This document shows positions 9,906-19,624 of a DNA stretch of 64,000 nucleotides, piece by piece. The translations under genes were made by a program, and so were the position numbers. The notes beneath the pieces were generated by a model. That model saw only the letters and a list, made by a program, of their open reading frames with translations, was not told where the DNA came from and searched no databases. Numbering within the stretch: position 1 is the first letter of the stretch; each line of letters begins with the position of its first letter. The DNA comes from Nitrospinaceae bacterium. GTDB lineage: Bacteria; Nitrospinota; Nitrospinia; Nitrospinales; VA-1. The DNA is taken from NCBI GenBank assembly GCA_023271875.1, contig JALPWY010000001.1, positions 6,091 through 70,090 of the forward strand, given 5' to 3'.

Positions 9906-10149
9906 ACGCTTGTCTCGCCTATTTAAAATGTCTATAGATCCCTTACCAACGACTTCGATTGCACGGTTTCTGCTGTGATGTTTGCGGATCAGTCTTTTGC
10001 ACTCGAGATGAACTAGATGTTTATGCACTGTCGCCGAAGAACCAAGCTTGAACTGTTTCCCAATTTTAGCAATGCTTATCGCGTAAACTTCCTTGTATAT
10101 GTTTTTTCAGAAACTCATAAATTTCCTTCTGACGTTTAGTTAGAAACAT
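9906..10149 (-). pseudogene. lexA: LexA-type winged-helix DNA-binding domain remnant; frameshifted, with no S24 peptidase domain
   Basis: ATG at 10149 gives MFLTKRQKEIYEFLKK, then stops after 27 aa. A 1-nt shift in the A6 run (T6 at 10102-10107 on +) continues as ...YAISIAKIGKQFKLGSSATVHKHLVHLECKRLIRKHHSRNRAIEVV, a typical LexA N-terminal domain. That frame then runs in frame into the aminotransferase. Confidence 0.55.
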
Positions 10150-10304
10150 AAAATTTCTCAATATCTGAATGAATTAGCTGCTAGTAAAGTATTTTCACGA
10201 TAGACGAATAAAAATAAAAATCAATGCTCACATACACTTACAAGTAACAATTACAGAGGCTTTTCTCTAACTTTTTCCTAACCAATATATGCACTATTCA
10301 CAAA

Positions 10305-10661
10305 ATGAGCGTTAAATTTAAAAAGTAAAGTTATTGAACCCTATTCAGCGGTAATCATTGCACACGGACTCAACACACTTACAGTTGCCGTAATGGGATA
10401 GGAGGGGATAGGCATTCCCCACTACTCTTCTAAAGATGTTGGACCTGTGATAGATATTCCTTTCGATCACGTGATCACCGTGTGTAGTCACGCCGAACTA
10501 TCTTGTCCTGTTTTCCCGGGAAAACCCAAGTCTCTCATGTCAATTTTGATGACCCACCCAATCTTGCAAAATCTGCAAAAAGTGAAGAGGTGGCTTTATC
10601 TTACTTTCGCCGCGTGAGAGACAAAACTCGTATCTTCATAGAAACATTACCATTAAAATAA
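10305..10661 (+). pseudogene. arsC: arsenate reductase (LMW-PTP/thioredoxin-type ArsC) pseudogene
   Basis: Recognisable YSAVIIAHGLNTLTVAVMG*EGIGIP...FDHVITVCSHAELSCPVFPGK and HVNFDDPPNLAKSAKSEEVALSYFRRVRDKTRIFIETL. The N-terminal CX5R P-loop is missing, there is an in-frame TAG at 10399-10401, and a frameshift lies near 10518-10535. Confidence 0.65.
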
Positions 10662-10815
10662 TTTAAAAAATTCCTTTACCACACCGCCACATGATTCATT
10701 GATGATTTGCAAAAGTCTTTATCTTACGTTACGCTCAAAATTATAAATAAACTAATGATTCGTGTCCGTGGGTATGAGTTCAAAAAAACTGTGCCGCGTG
10801 AAAATCATTTAGCTG

Positions 10816-11979
10816 ATGAAACTTATGAGGGGATTCCTAGCGAAAAAATTCTATTCCACGTTACTGATTCCAGTTTTACATGTGGCCTCAATATCTTTTG
10901 CGGTGGACGCCTTAGCGGAGCCTTCTACCGAGAATTATCGTGATACCCTGCATGTTGGAGTGGTTGGAGATACCGGAATTGGCGAGCGGGCTTATCACCC
11001 AGGCTTTATAGCAGTAGCCACGGCTTTAAAAAATCATCGCCCCGATCTACTATTACATCTTGGAGACTTTCTTTATCAATCCAAAATATTTCCCAAAGCC
11101 TGCCCAGAGCGACACCTCCCTGAAATAAAAAAAACCCTTACTGACCCTTTCAAATTTAAATTATTTGTCCCTGGCGATAATGACCTGCCTCCAAACAAAA
11201 AAAAACCAAAAGGCTCAGGGTGTTGGGAAAAAATTGACGCGATGGACAGTACTTTTGATTCTTATCCAACATCCACCCATGAACCAAGAGCCTACGAAGG
11301 GACCATGACCATTGGCAACACTTTCTTTGCGATTCTCAATACATACCCATGGGAAGATCCAACAGCTTGGCTCGGTCCTCGAATCAAAAAAGCAAAAAAA
11401 CAAGGGTTCTGGACTATTATTGCCTTGCACGAGCCCGCCATTACCACAGCATGGTATCTTGAAAAACGAGACACGGTGTTAAAACAACTTACTGCACTTA
11501 AGCCAGACCTTGTGTTTGCAGGCAATCAACACTCTTATGAACGATTTCATCAAATTAAGGAACCCAAACAAGATGGGTCAATTCCTTTTGTATTATCTAA
11601 ATCAGGGGATTATTTAAAAGGAGATGGAACCATTTTTGTGGTTTCAGGCGGGGGTGGCGCTTATATCAAACCGTTCGCTGATCAACAAGGATTTAAAAAA
11701 CGAACCGCACCGAAGGCGGTTTTTGACGCACTCGCCAAACGCGCCCTCATGAACCATTTCTTAATTCTCGAAATAGCACAAGAAAAACTACAAGCAACAA
11801 CCTATCGAGTCTGTCTAGAAAAAAATACAAAGGACAAGAGAAATCTAAGATGGAAACCAGATAAACCTATGTGGGATTCTATTACACTAGAATGCGAAGG
11901 ACAAAAAACGGGTATCACCGCCTCCGACCAATTTCAAATCCAACTCAAAAAAAGGCCTACACAAAAAAGAATTAACTAA
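10816..11979 (+). CDS. secreted calcineurin-like metallophosphoesterase
   Basis: Signal peptide. Metallophosphoesterase motifs GDTGIG, LGDFLY, GDND, LHEP, GNQHSYERF. Confidence 0.75.
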   Translation: MKLMRGFLAKKFYSTLLIPVLHVASISFAVDALAEPSTENYRDTLHVGVVGDTGIGERAYHPGFIAVATALKNHRPDLLLHLGDFLYQSKIFPKACPERHLPEIKKTLTDPFKFKLFVPGDNDLPPNKKKPKGSGCWEKIDAMDSTFDSYPTSTHEPRAYEGTMTIGNTFFAILNTYPWEDPTAWLGPRIKKAKKQGFWTIIALHEPAITTAWYLEKRDTVLKQLTALKPDLVFAGNQHSYERFHQIKEPKQDGSIPFVLSKSGDYLKGDGTIFVVSGGGGAYIKPFADQQGFKKRTAPKAVFDALAKRALMNHFLILEIAQEKLQATTYRVCLEKNTKDKRNLRWKPDKPMWDSITLECEGQKTGITASDQFQIQLKKRPTQKRIN

Positions 11980-11983
11980 CGAG

Positions 11984-12946
<963 letters not shown>

Positions 12947-13258
12947 TTAAGATCAATTTAAAAAATTCTTCTGCCTTGACAACCAACCCCAAGTCAACTC
13001 TCAATCCAAACTATTTTGTCAAGATATCCCATAGCTGACTAATTTAAAAAAAATATTTTTTCAAAAGTTTTGATTTTTAATTTTAAAGTTTGACATGAAA
13101 AACGGAGCAAAACTTAACGTGCTAATCAGTTTACAAATCTATATAGTTTCTAACTATAGGAATATAGCTTGCTGGTAGATTGGGGTAAGGTAAATTAGAA
13201 TATTACTCCCTAATTTGTCAAGCGATTTTGATTAGCAAGAATAAGGATTATCTAAACT

Positions 13259-15968
13259 ATGGATTTTACAAACCCAAAACACTCATTTGGAATTGATTTC
13301 AGTGTCATTCCATCTATTTCAGATAACCTAGCAGAACTAACAAAACCTATTTCTGTTTTAAAAAGCCTGATCAAGGTCGAACAGGATAAAATAAAACAGT
13401 TTCACCGTTCTGGTGCTGGGGGACGCGAAGTGGTTCAGGTTCACACTTCTCTTATAGACTCAGTTATATGTCACTTAATAGAAGAATTAGCGGCCTCTAG
13501 AAAAAAACCTTCTCCTAGCACTCTTTTGGAAGAATTTTCTTTAATCGCCGTGGGTGGTTACGGACGTGGGGAACTAAATCCTAGTTCAGATATCGATCTT
13601 CTTTTTTTAACATCAAAAAATATTCGCCGATCGACCGATTTGCTTATTCAAGATTTTATCCCAATCTTATGGGATCTTGGGTTAGAAGTGGGATCAAGCT
13701 GTCGGACCCTGCAAGAATCCTTACTCCTAGCTGAAAAAGATATTACTGCCAAAACTTCGATGATTGAAACGCGCTTTATGATTGGAAGCCAAATAAAGTA
13801 TAAAAAGTTTTTCCAATCCATTGAAAAAAATTCATTAAGAAAAAATATCAAAGGGTTTCTTGACGAAAAATCTAAGGAAAAAAACCTTCGCTACAAGGAG
13901 GGAGTTGGGCCAGCTAGTGACCCAGAACCGAACATTAAAGAGGGTGTAGGAGGGCTGCGAGATTATCACACTGCATTATGGGCTGTGGCCATCAGATTTG
14001 GGTGCCTATCTTTCCGAGAAATACCTCGCAACGATATTATCACATCAGAAGAAATAGACATTCTAAACCTGTCTATCGACTTCACTTTAAGAGTCCGCAA
14101 TGAACTCCATTATCTGAAAAACAAAAAACAGGACGTCCTTACTCATGATTTGCAAAAAGAAGCAAGCACCAATTTAGGATATAAAGAAACGAACGAAGCA
14201 CTCAGGGTCGAAGAGTTCATGCACAACTATTTCATTCACGCAACTAATATCCACCAATATTCGGAAATTATATTTCAACGGTGTATCGAGACTAGACGAA
14301 CCGTAAAAAAGGTGCTTTCCTCATTGGTAAAAAAGAACCTGGGATATGGGTTCCATGCATCCGGAGAAAACTTAACAATCGAAGAGGAGGGTTCTGATGC
14401 TCTGTTTAGGGAAAATCCAAGTCTGATCCTAACTGCATTCGAATTATGCCAAACACACAACCTTGAACCTACATATCAAATCAAACGATTAATAAAAAAA
14501 CAAATCCATTCATTAGGCGAGGTGCTTGCTAAAGAAAGTAAAATTAAAAGTTTTATTTTAAATAGTCTAAAAAATTCTAATTCAGAGAAATCCCTTCGTG
14601 TCATGCATGAAGTTGGAGTCTTAGGTTTGCTTTTACCCGAGTATGGGCGCTCTCATTGCAGGGTGAGTTACGACTTTTACCACCACTACACAGCTGATGA
14701 ACACTCCCTGCGCATGATTCGTTTTCTTGAAGAACTTGAAAACAAACCAAGTAGCTTTAAGGAATTTTCCGAAAGCTACAAACAGTTAAACTCTAAAGTT
14801 TTGCTCAAGTTATCGACCTGCATTCAACCTATCAGAGAAAAAAAAGATTCAGAAACCACCAAAGAACATTCGAAAATTCTTTCACTGGCAACTGCGCACC
14901 TCGACTTAAATACCGAAGAATTAGAAACTATAGGGTTTTTAGCAAGTAATGCTTATCTAATGATAGAAACAGCTCTTCACGATGATATCCGTCAGCCAAG
15001 AGTTATAGAAAATTTTGCAAAAAAAATGGGTTCCATCGAAAAACTGGACTTGCTATATTTGCGTAGTTACGCCGAACTTCGGGCTGTCGCTCCAGGTACT
15101 TTGACCTCATGGAAAAAAGTCCTTATTTCTGAGTTACATCAGAGGTCACGAGGTTATTTCAAATATCCTGAATCACTGCGCTCACGACCACTCACAACCT
15201 GGGTTGAAGTCTATAAAATTCTGCACTGGGAATTCCCCCCAGAAGATCTAGAATTTCATTTTAATAATATCCCTGAGGACTATTTAGAAACGGTTGAAGT
15301 AGAAGAAGCGGCTCTACACATGCGATTGATACGATCCTTGAAAGACAAATCTTTTATATTTAACCATAGCTACAATGATGAAGGGAAGTTTCATCAACTT
15401 ATTCTTTGTTGCCCGGTAAAATTTGATGCTTTCAAAATACTGGTAGGCACCCTCACTGCCCAAAGTATAAACATATTGGGAGCTAAAATTTTTATAAGAA
15501 AAGACGGAATAATTATTATCAGTGCTAACATTGAGGAAACCGAAAAGACAATTGCAGGAGACTTAGAAATATGGAAAAACCTTAAGCAAAACCTGAGTAC
15601 TATCTTCGAGGGACATGAAAACTTGTCGAAGCTTTTAGCTCAAAGAACTCGATATATCTCAGAAAAAAAAATAACCACAGCAATAACTCCAAAAGTTAAG
15701 GTGGACAACGCAAGTGACCCGCATTTTTCCATCGTTCGCATTGAAGCCCGTGACCATTTGGGGATGTTGTATAAAATATCAAAGGTCTTCTCTGAACTCG
15801 ATATCCGAATACATAGCGCTAAAGTTTCTACTCAGGGGGGGGCGAGGTATTGACGTGTTCTACGTATCCCATCAAAACAAAAAAATTCTTTTCGAAAAAC
15901 TAGTTCGCCGCACTAAGGAAAAAATTATCTCCGCTATGATGGTCAAAAATCCAGAAGAACTTGGCTAA
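13259..15968 (+). CDS. glnD: [protein-PII] uridylyltransferase/uridylyl-removing enzyme GlnD, interrupted by a 1-nt frameshift
   Basis: NTase motif GGYGRGELNPSSDIDLLFL and HD motif HHYTADEHSL. The last ACT domain continues in ORF 15714..15968 (RGIDVFYVSHQ...). The frames join if one G is removed from the G8 run at 15835-15842. Confidence 0.85.
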
Positions 15969-15975
15969 ATAACCT

Positions 15976-16350
15976 ATGCCCTCCTGCAAAAAAATCATAA
16001 GAAATACATTGGGCTATTTAATCCTAGCCTTAAACACCGTAGCAGCTAACCATCTCATTCCAATTAGTGAAGTTCCTTTAGGGGAAAAAATTTACCATGA
16101 CCGTTGTGAAGTCTGTCATGGGAGTCAAGGTGACGGAAAGACATTTGCGGCAAATGCTCTCTTCCCACCACCAAAAAACTTTACAGCAGAAGCTACCAAA
16201 AAGGCTCTACCTCGAGAGCGAATGATACGTTCCGTTACAAGAGGGCGACCTGGCACCGCCATGATGCCCTGGGAAAGTATTCTTAGTAAACAAGAAATCC
16301 ATTCCGTAGTGAACTACATTCGGCAAATTTTGATGGGCCTGCAAAAATAA
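15976..16350 (+). CDS. class I c-type cytochrome (monohaem), exported
   Basis: Signal peptide. Haem motif CEVCHG. Distal Met context GTAMMPW. Confidence 0.75.
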   Translation: MPSCKKIIRNTLGYLILALNTVAANHLIPISEVPLGEKIYHDRCEVCHGSQGDGKTFAANALFPPPKNFTAEATKKALPRERMIRSVTRGRPGTAMMPWESILSKQEIHSVVNYIRQILMGLQK

Positions 16351-16370
16351 AATAACTAACCAATAAGTGT

Positions 16371-16387
16371 GAGAAGGTTGCCTTCTC
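16371..16387. terminator. GC-containing hairpin between convergent genes (possible bidirectional terminator)
   Basis: GAGAAGG-ttg-CCTTCTC is a perfect 7-bp stem located between the cytochrome c stop and the MTH1187-family stop. The flanking U-runs are weak. Confidence 0.3.
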
Positions 16388-16409
16388 TCCAGAGAAACCT
16401 AACCGAGGG

Positions 16410-16718
16410 TCACACCTTCAACCTCTTCCCTAATTTATCTTCTACCGAGGCTATTTTTGATGTCAGCCGACCTTTTTCCCCCTCTCGATAATCGATTTTC
16501 ACGGAACAAGTGATACGCTTGCAGTCGGACCTCATTGTTTCATAACACCTCTTTACTACAGTCATAACCTCATCCCATTCTCCCTCAAGAACTGTACCCA
16601 TGGGGTTGAGGCGGTAATCAACTCCACTTTCCGAAATTATCTTAAGTGATCTGCTTACGTAATCACTTACACTTTCTCCTTTGTCCATGGGAGACATACT
16701 AAATTCCAAAAGCACCAT
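16410..16718 (-). CDS. MTH1187/YkoF-family (UPF0045) small ligand-binding protein
   Basis: 102 aa. The N-terminus VLLEFSMSPMDKGESVSDYVSRSLKII...GVDYRLNPMGTVLEGEWDEVM is typical of the family. Confidence 0.7.
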   Translation of the reverse strand: MVLLEFSMSPMDKGESVSDYVSRSLKIISESGVDYRLNPMGTVLEGEWDEVMTVVKRCYETMRSDCKRITCSVKIDYREGEKGRLTSKIASVEDKLGKRLKV

Positions 16719-16937
16719 ACTTTTTACCCTCCACAGAGTTTATCAATTTAGATTATTTAGCTACATCTTGTTATTTGATGAAGAGCTCTTGCTCTCTCAT
16801 TAAACAACTGTGCCTAAAATAGGGTACCTTATCATAAAAAATTACTTGCATTTTAGACCCATGATATGAAAATATGAGCAAATCCATTCGAAATCCAGAC
16901 GGGTTGTCGGAAATCCAAGTAAAGGCGGTATGGCTCT

Positions 16938-18020
16938 TTGGCCAAGATTCGTGATATTCGTAACAACATAGATCAAATCGATGATCAGTTGCTCAAGCTG
17001 ATAAACAGACGTGGTGAACTTGCCATAAAAATTGGCCAGGAAAAATCCCGGGAAAATAGTTCAAAGCATTTTCACGTCCCACACCGAGAACACTCAATCA
17101 TTGAGCGGATCACGCAAAACAGCAATGGGCCATTTCCCGATGAATCTCTGAAGTCTGTATTTCGTGAAATCTTTTCAGCAACTCTTGCCCTTGAAAAACC
17201 GCTCCGGATAGGTTTTCTCGGTCCCGAAACAACTTTCAGTCATCAGGCCGCGATTAAACAATTCGGCCATTCATCGAAATTCGTAGCAAGTCCTAATATT
17301 GAATCTATCTTTCGCCAAGTCGAAAAAGACGAGTGTGATTATGGCGTGGTTCCGGTTGAAAATTCCATTGAAGGAGTAATCAACTTAACTTTAGATTGTT
17401 TTGTAGATTCGCCCTTATTAATTTGCGACGAAATAAAAAGTACTATCTCGCTTTACCTGCTTTCCAAAGCTAAAGACCAAAAAAAAATAAAAACTATATA
17501 TTCTCACCCTCAGCCCTTAGGGCAATGCCGACAATGGCTAAATCTTAATCTACCAAACGCACTGCAAATTCCCACTTCTAGCACCGCTAGTGCCGCGGAA
17601 ACGGTGGCCAGAAAATCAACTTGTGCTGCTATCGCGGGCATACTCGCTGCAGAAACATATAATTTGAGTATCCTTGCAGAAAATATTCAAGACAGAGTCG
17701 CAAATCACACCCGTTTTTTAGTTATCGGCAAAGACGCAGCCAAGAAAGTAAAGCAGAACAAAACATCAATTATGTTTTCTATTCGAGATGAAGCAGGGTC
17801 CCTCCTCAAGGTCCTGCAACTATTCGCTCGCAACAAAATAAACCTAACAAAAATTCAATCGCGTCCACTTAGAGACCGACCTTGGGAATATCTGTTTTAT
17901 GTAGATCTGGAAGGACACATCCAAGATTCAGCAGTAAAAAATTCCGTGGAAACACTTAAAAAAATGAGTCTATTCTTGAGGCTACTGGGTTCCTACCCAC
18001 AGGAAGGCTTGAAAAGATGA
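16938..18020 (+). CDS. pheA: bifunctional chorismate mutase / prephenate dehydratase (P-protein)
   Basis: N-terminal CM helix IRDIRNNIDQIDDQLLKLINRR. PDT motif RIGFLGPETTFSHQAA. ACT region TKIQSRPL. TTG start with SD-like AAGGCGG upstream. Confidence 0.9.
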   Translation: MAKIRDIRNNIDQIDDQLLKLINRRGELAIKIGQEKSRENSSKHFHVPHREHSIIERITQNSNGPFPDESLKSVFREIFSATLALEKPLRIGFLGPETTFSHQAAIKQFGHSSKFVASPNIESIFRQVEKDECDYGVVPVENSIEGVINLTLDCFVDSPLLICDEIKSTISLYLLSKAKDQKKIKTIYSHPQPLGQCRQWLNLNLPNALQIPTSSTASAAETVARKSTCAAIAGILAAETYNLSILAENIQDRVANHTRFLVIGKDAAKKVKQNKTSIMFSIRDEAGSLLKVLQLFARNKINLTKIQSRPLRDRPWEYLFYVDLEGHIQDSAVKNSVETLKKMSLFLRLLGSYPQEGLKR

Positions 18021-18889
18021 ATCCATTTGAACGCGTGTCCATTATTGGAGTTGGCCTTTTAGGGGGATCACTTGCTAAGGTTTTGCGTAAACTAAGTTTA
18101 GCGAAGTCAATTATTGGGTACGGACGCAACAAAGCTAATCTGAATGAGGCGAAAAAACTAAATATCATAGACGATGTAGCACCTGATATTCAATCTGCAG
18201 CAAAGGATACAGATTTAATTGTTTTTTGCTCTCCAGTGCAAACCATTGCGCAACTCGCAATGGAGATGGGTCCACATATCAAACCTGGTTGTTTAGTGAC
18301 TGATGTAGGGTCAACAAAAGAAACTCTTATTTCGGAAATAGAAAAGGTTTTTCCGGAAGGCATTTCTTTCATTGGCGCGCACCCAATTGCAGGCGGAGAG
18401 ATGTCGGGATTCCGTTTATCATCAGATACTTTATTCGACGGCGCCCATTGTATTCTCACTCCAACAGGTAAAACAGATCCGGAATCTTTAAAAAGAGCCA
18501 TCGAACTTTGGAAAACTATTGGAATGCAAGTATCCATAATGGATCCCAAAGAGCACGATTTTATTTTTGGAGCAGTTAGCCATTTGCCACATGTTTTAAT
18601 TTTTGCATTGATGAACACTCTTGGCGGTATGAAGTCTGAAAATTATGACCGAATAACATCTTTTTCAGGCTCCGGACTCAGGGATATAACTCGGATAGCT
18701 GCCAGTGAACCTGCAATGTGGAGAGATATTTGCGTCTCAAACAAAGATTTTATTTTGTATTTTCTGGACCAATTTCAGGAAACCCTTAGCCATCTTAGAT
18801 CGGGCATTGAACAAGAAAACGGCACTCTATTGACCCAGCAATTTAAAATTGCAAATCAACACCGGCTCAATCTTGTTAGCAAAACATGA
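18017..18889 (+). CDS. tyrA: prephenate/arogenate dehydrogenase
   Basis: Rossmann VSIIGVGLLGGSLA. FIGAHPIAG motif. 4-nt overlap with pheA. Confidence 0.85.
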   Translation: MNPFERVSIIGVGLLGGSLAKVLRKLSLAKSIIGYGRNKANLNEAKKLNIIDDVAPDIQSAAKDTDLIVFCSPVQTIAQLAMEMGPHIKPGCLVTDVGSTKETLISEIEKVFPEGISFIGAHPIAGGEMSGFRLSSDTLFDGAHCILTPTGKTDPESLKRAIELWKTIGMQVSIMDPKEHDFIFGAVSHLPHVLIFALMNTLGGMKSENYDRITSFSGSGLRDITRIAASEPAMWRDICVSNKDFILYFLDQFQETLSHLRSGIEQENGTLLTQQFKIANQHRLNLVSKT

Positions 18890-19551
18890 TTATTGCTATA
18901 GATGGACCTGCGGGAAGTGGCAAAAGCACCATCGCAAAGATAGTCGCAGAAAAATTAAATTTTCGATACATAGACACGGGGTCCATGTATCGATCGGTTG
19001 CCTGGAAAAGCTTGCAAAAAAATACTGCTCTCAAGGATGAAGATGCAGTTGCTGATATTGCTTCTAAAGTCCAAATCGAACTTGTTCCCGGAAATAATGG
19101 ACAACTGGTATTCGTCGATGGAAAAAATATTACTGACCAATTGAAAGTGGAAGAAATTAGTCGTGGAGCAGCGATTGTGGCAGCACAACCAATGATTCGA
19201 AAAATCATGACAACCAAGCAACGAAAACTGGGCAAACAAGGTAACGTTGTTATGGATGGTAGAGATATCGGGACAGTCGTTTTTCCTCAAGCTGAAAAAA
19301 AGTTTTTCCTGGATGCCGATCCAAAAGAACGTGGGCGCCGTCGATTTATTGAGCTAAAAGAAAAAGATCAGGCCAAAAACACTGACCTTTCAATCATAAT
19401 TGAACAAATAGTTCAAAGAGACCATGAAGATCGCAATAGAAAAATAGCACCTCTCAAACAAGCGAAAGATGCCATGCTCATCGACACAACTTTTCTCAGT
19501 ATCGATCAGGTGGTTAAAGAAATCATAAAAACCATTAATCCGAGTTCGTAA
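18886..19551 (+). CDS. cmk: cytidylate kinase
   Basis: P-loop IAIDGPAGSGKST, YIDTGSMYR, GRDIGTVVFP. Confidence 0.9.
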   Translation: MIIAIDGPAGSGKSTIAKIVAEKLNFRYIDTGSMYRSVAWKSLQKNTALKDEDAVADIASKVQIELVPGNNGQLVFVDGKNITDQLKVEEISRGAAIVAAQPMIRKIMTTKQRKLGKQGNVVMDGRDIGTVVFPQAEKKFFLDADPKERGRRRFIELKEKDQAKNTDLSIIIEQIVQRDHEDRNRKIAPLKQAKDAMLIDTTFLSIDQVVKEIIKTINPSS

Positions 19552-19624
19552 TTTTTTTAACGACTCTATTATCAACTTAAGCTTTTGCAAATGCTTTATT
19601 AATTCAAGAAAGAATTTTTTTATC

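Noticed and set aside
10707-10943. 78-aa ORF upstream of and overlapping the metallophosphoesterase gene
   Set aside because: It overlaps the signal-peptide-encoding start of a well-supported gene in another frame and has no motifs. It is probably spurious.
16719-16937. Possible TPP riboswitch upstream of the MTH1187/YkoF-family (thiamine-binding-related) gene
   Set aside because: The conserved CUGAGA and ACCUGAUCUGGAUAAUGCCAGCG-like cores are absent on both strands. Only a 10-nt AAGAGCTCTT palindrome is present.
16874-16954. 26-codon uORF (MSKSIRNPDGLSEIQVKAVWLFGQDS*) overlapping the pheA start, considered as a Phe-attenuation leader peptide
   Set aside because: It contains a single Phe codon and no run of regulatory codons. 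I could find no alternative terminator/antiterminator hairpins.
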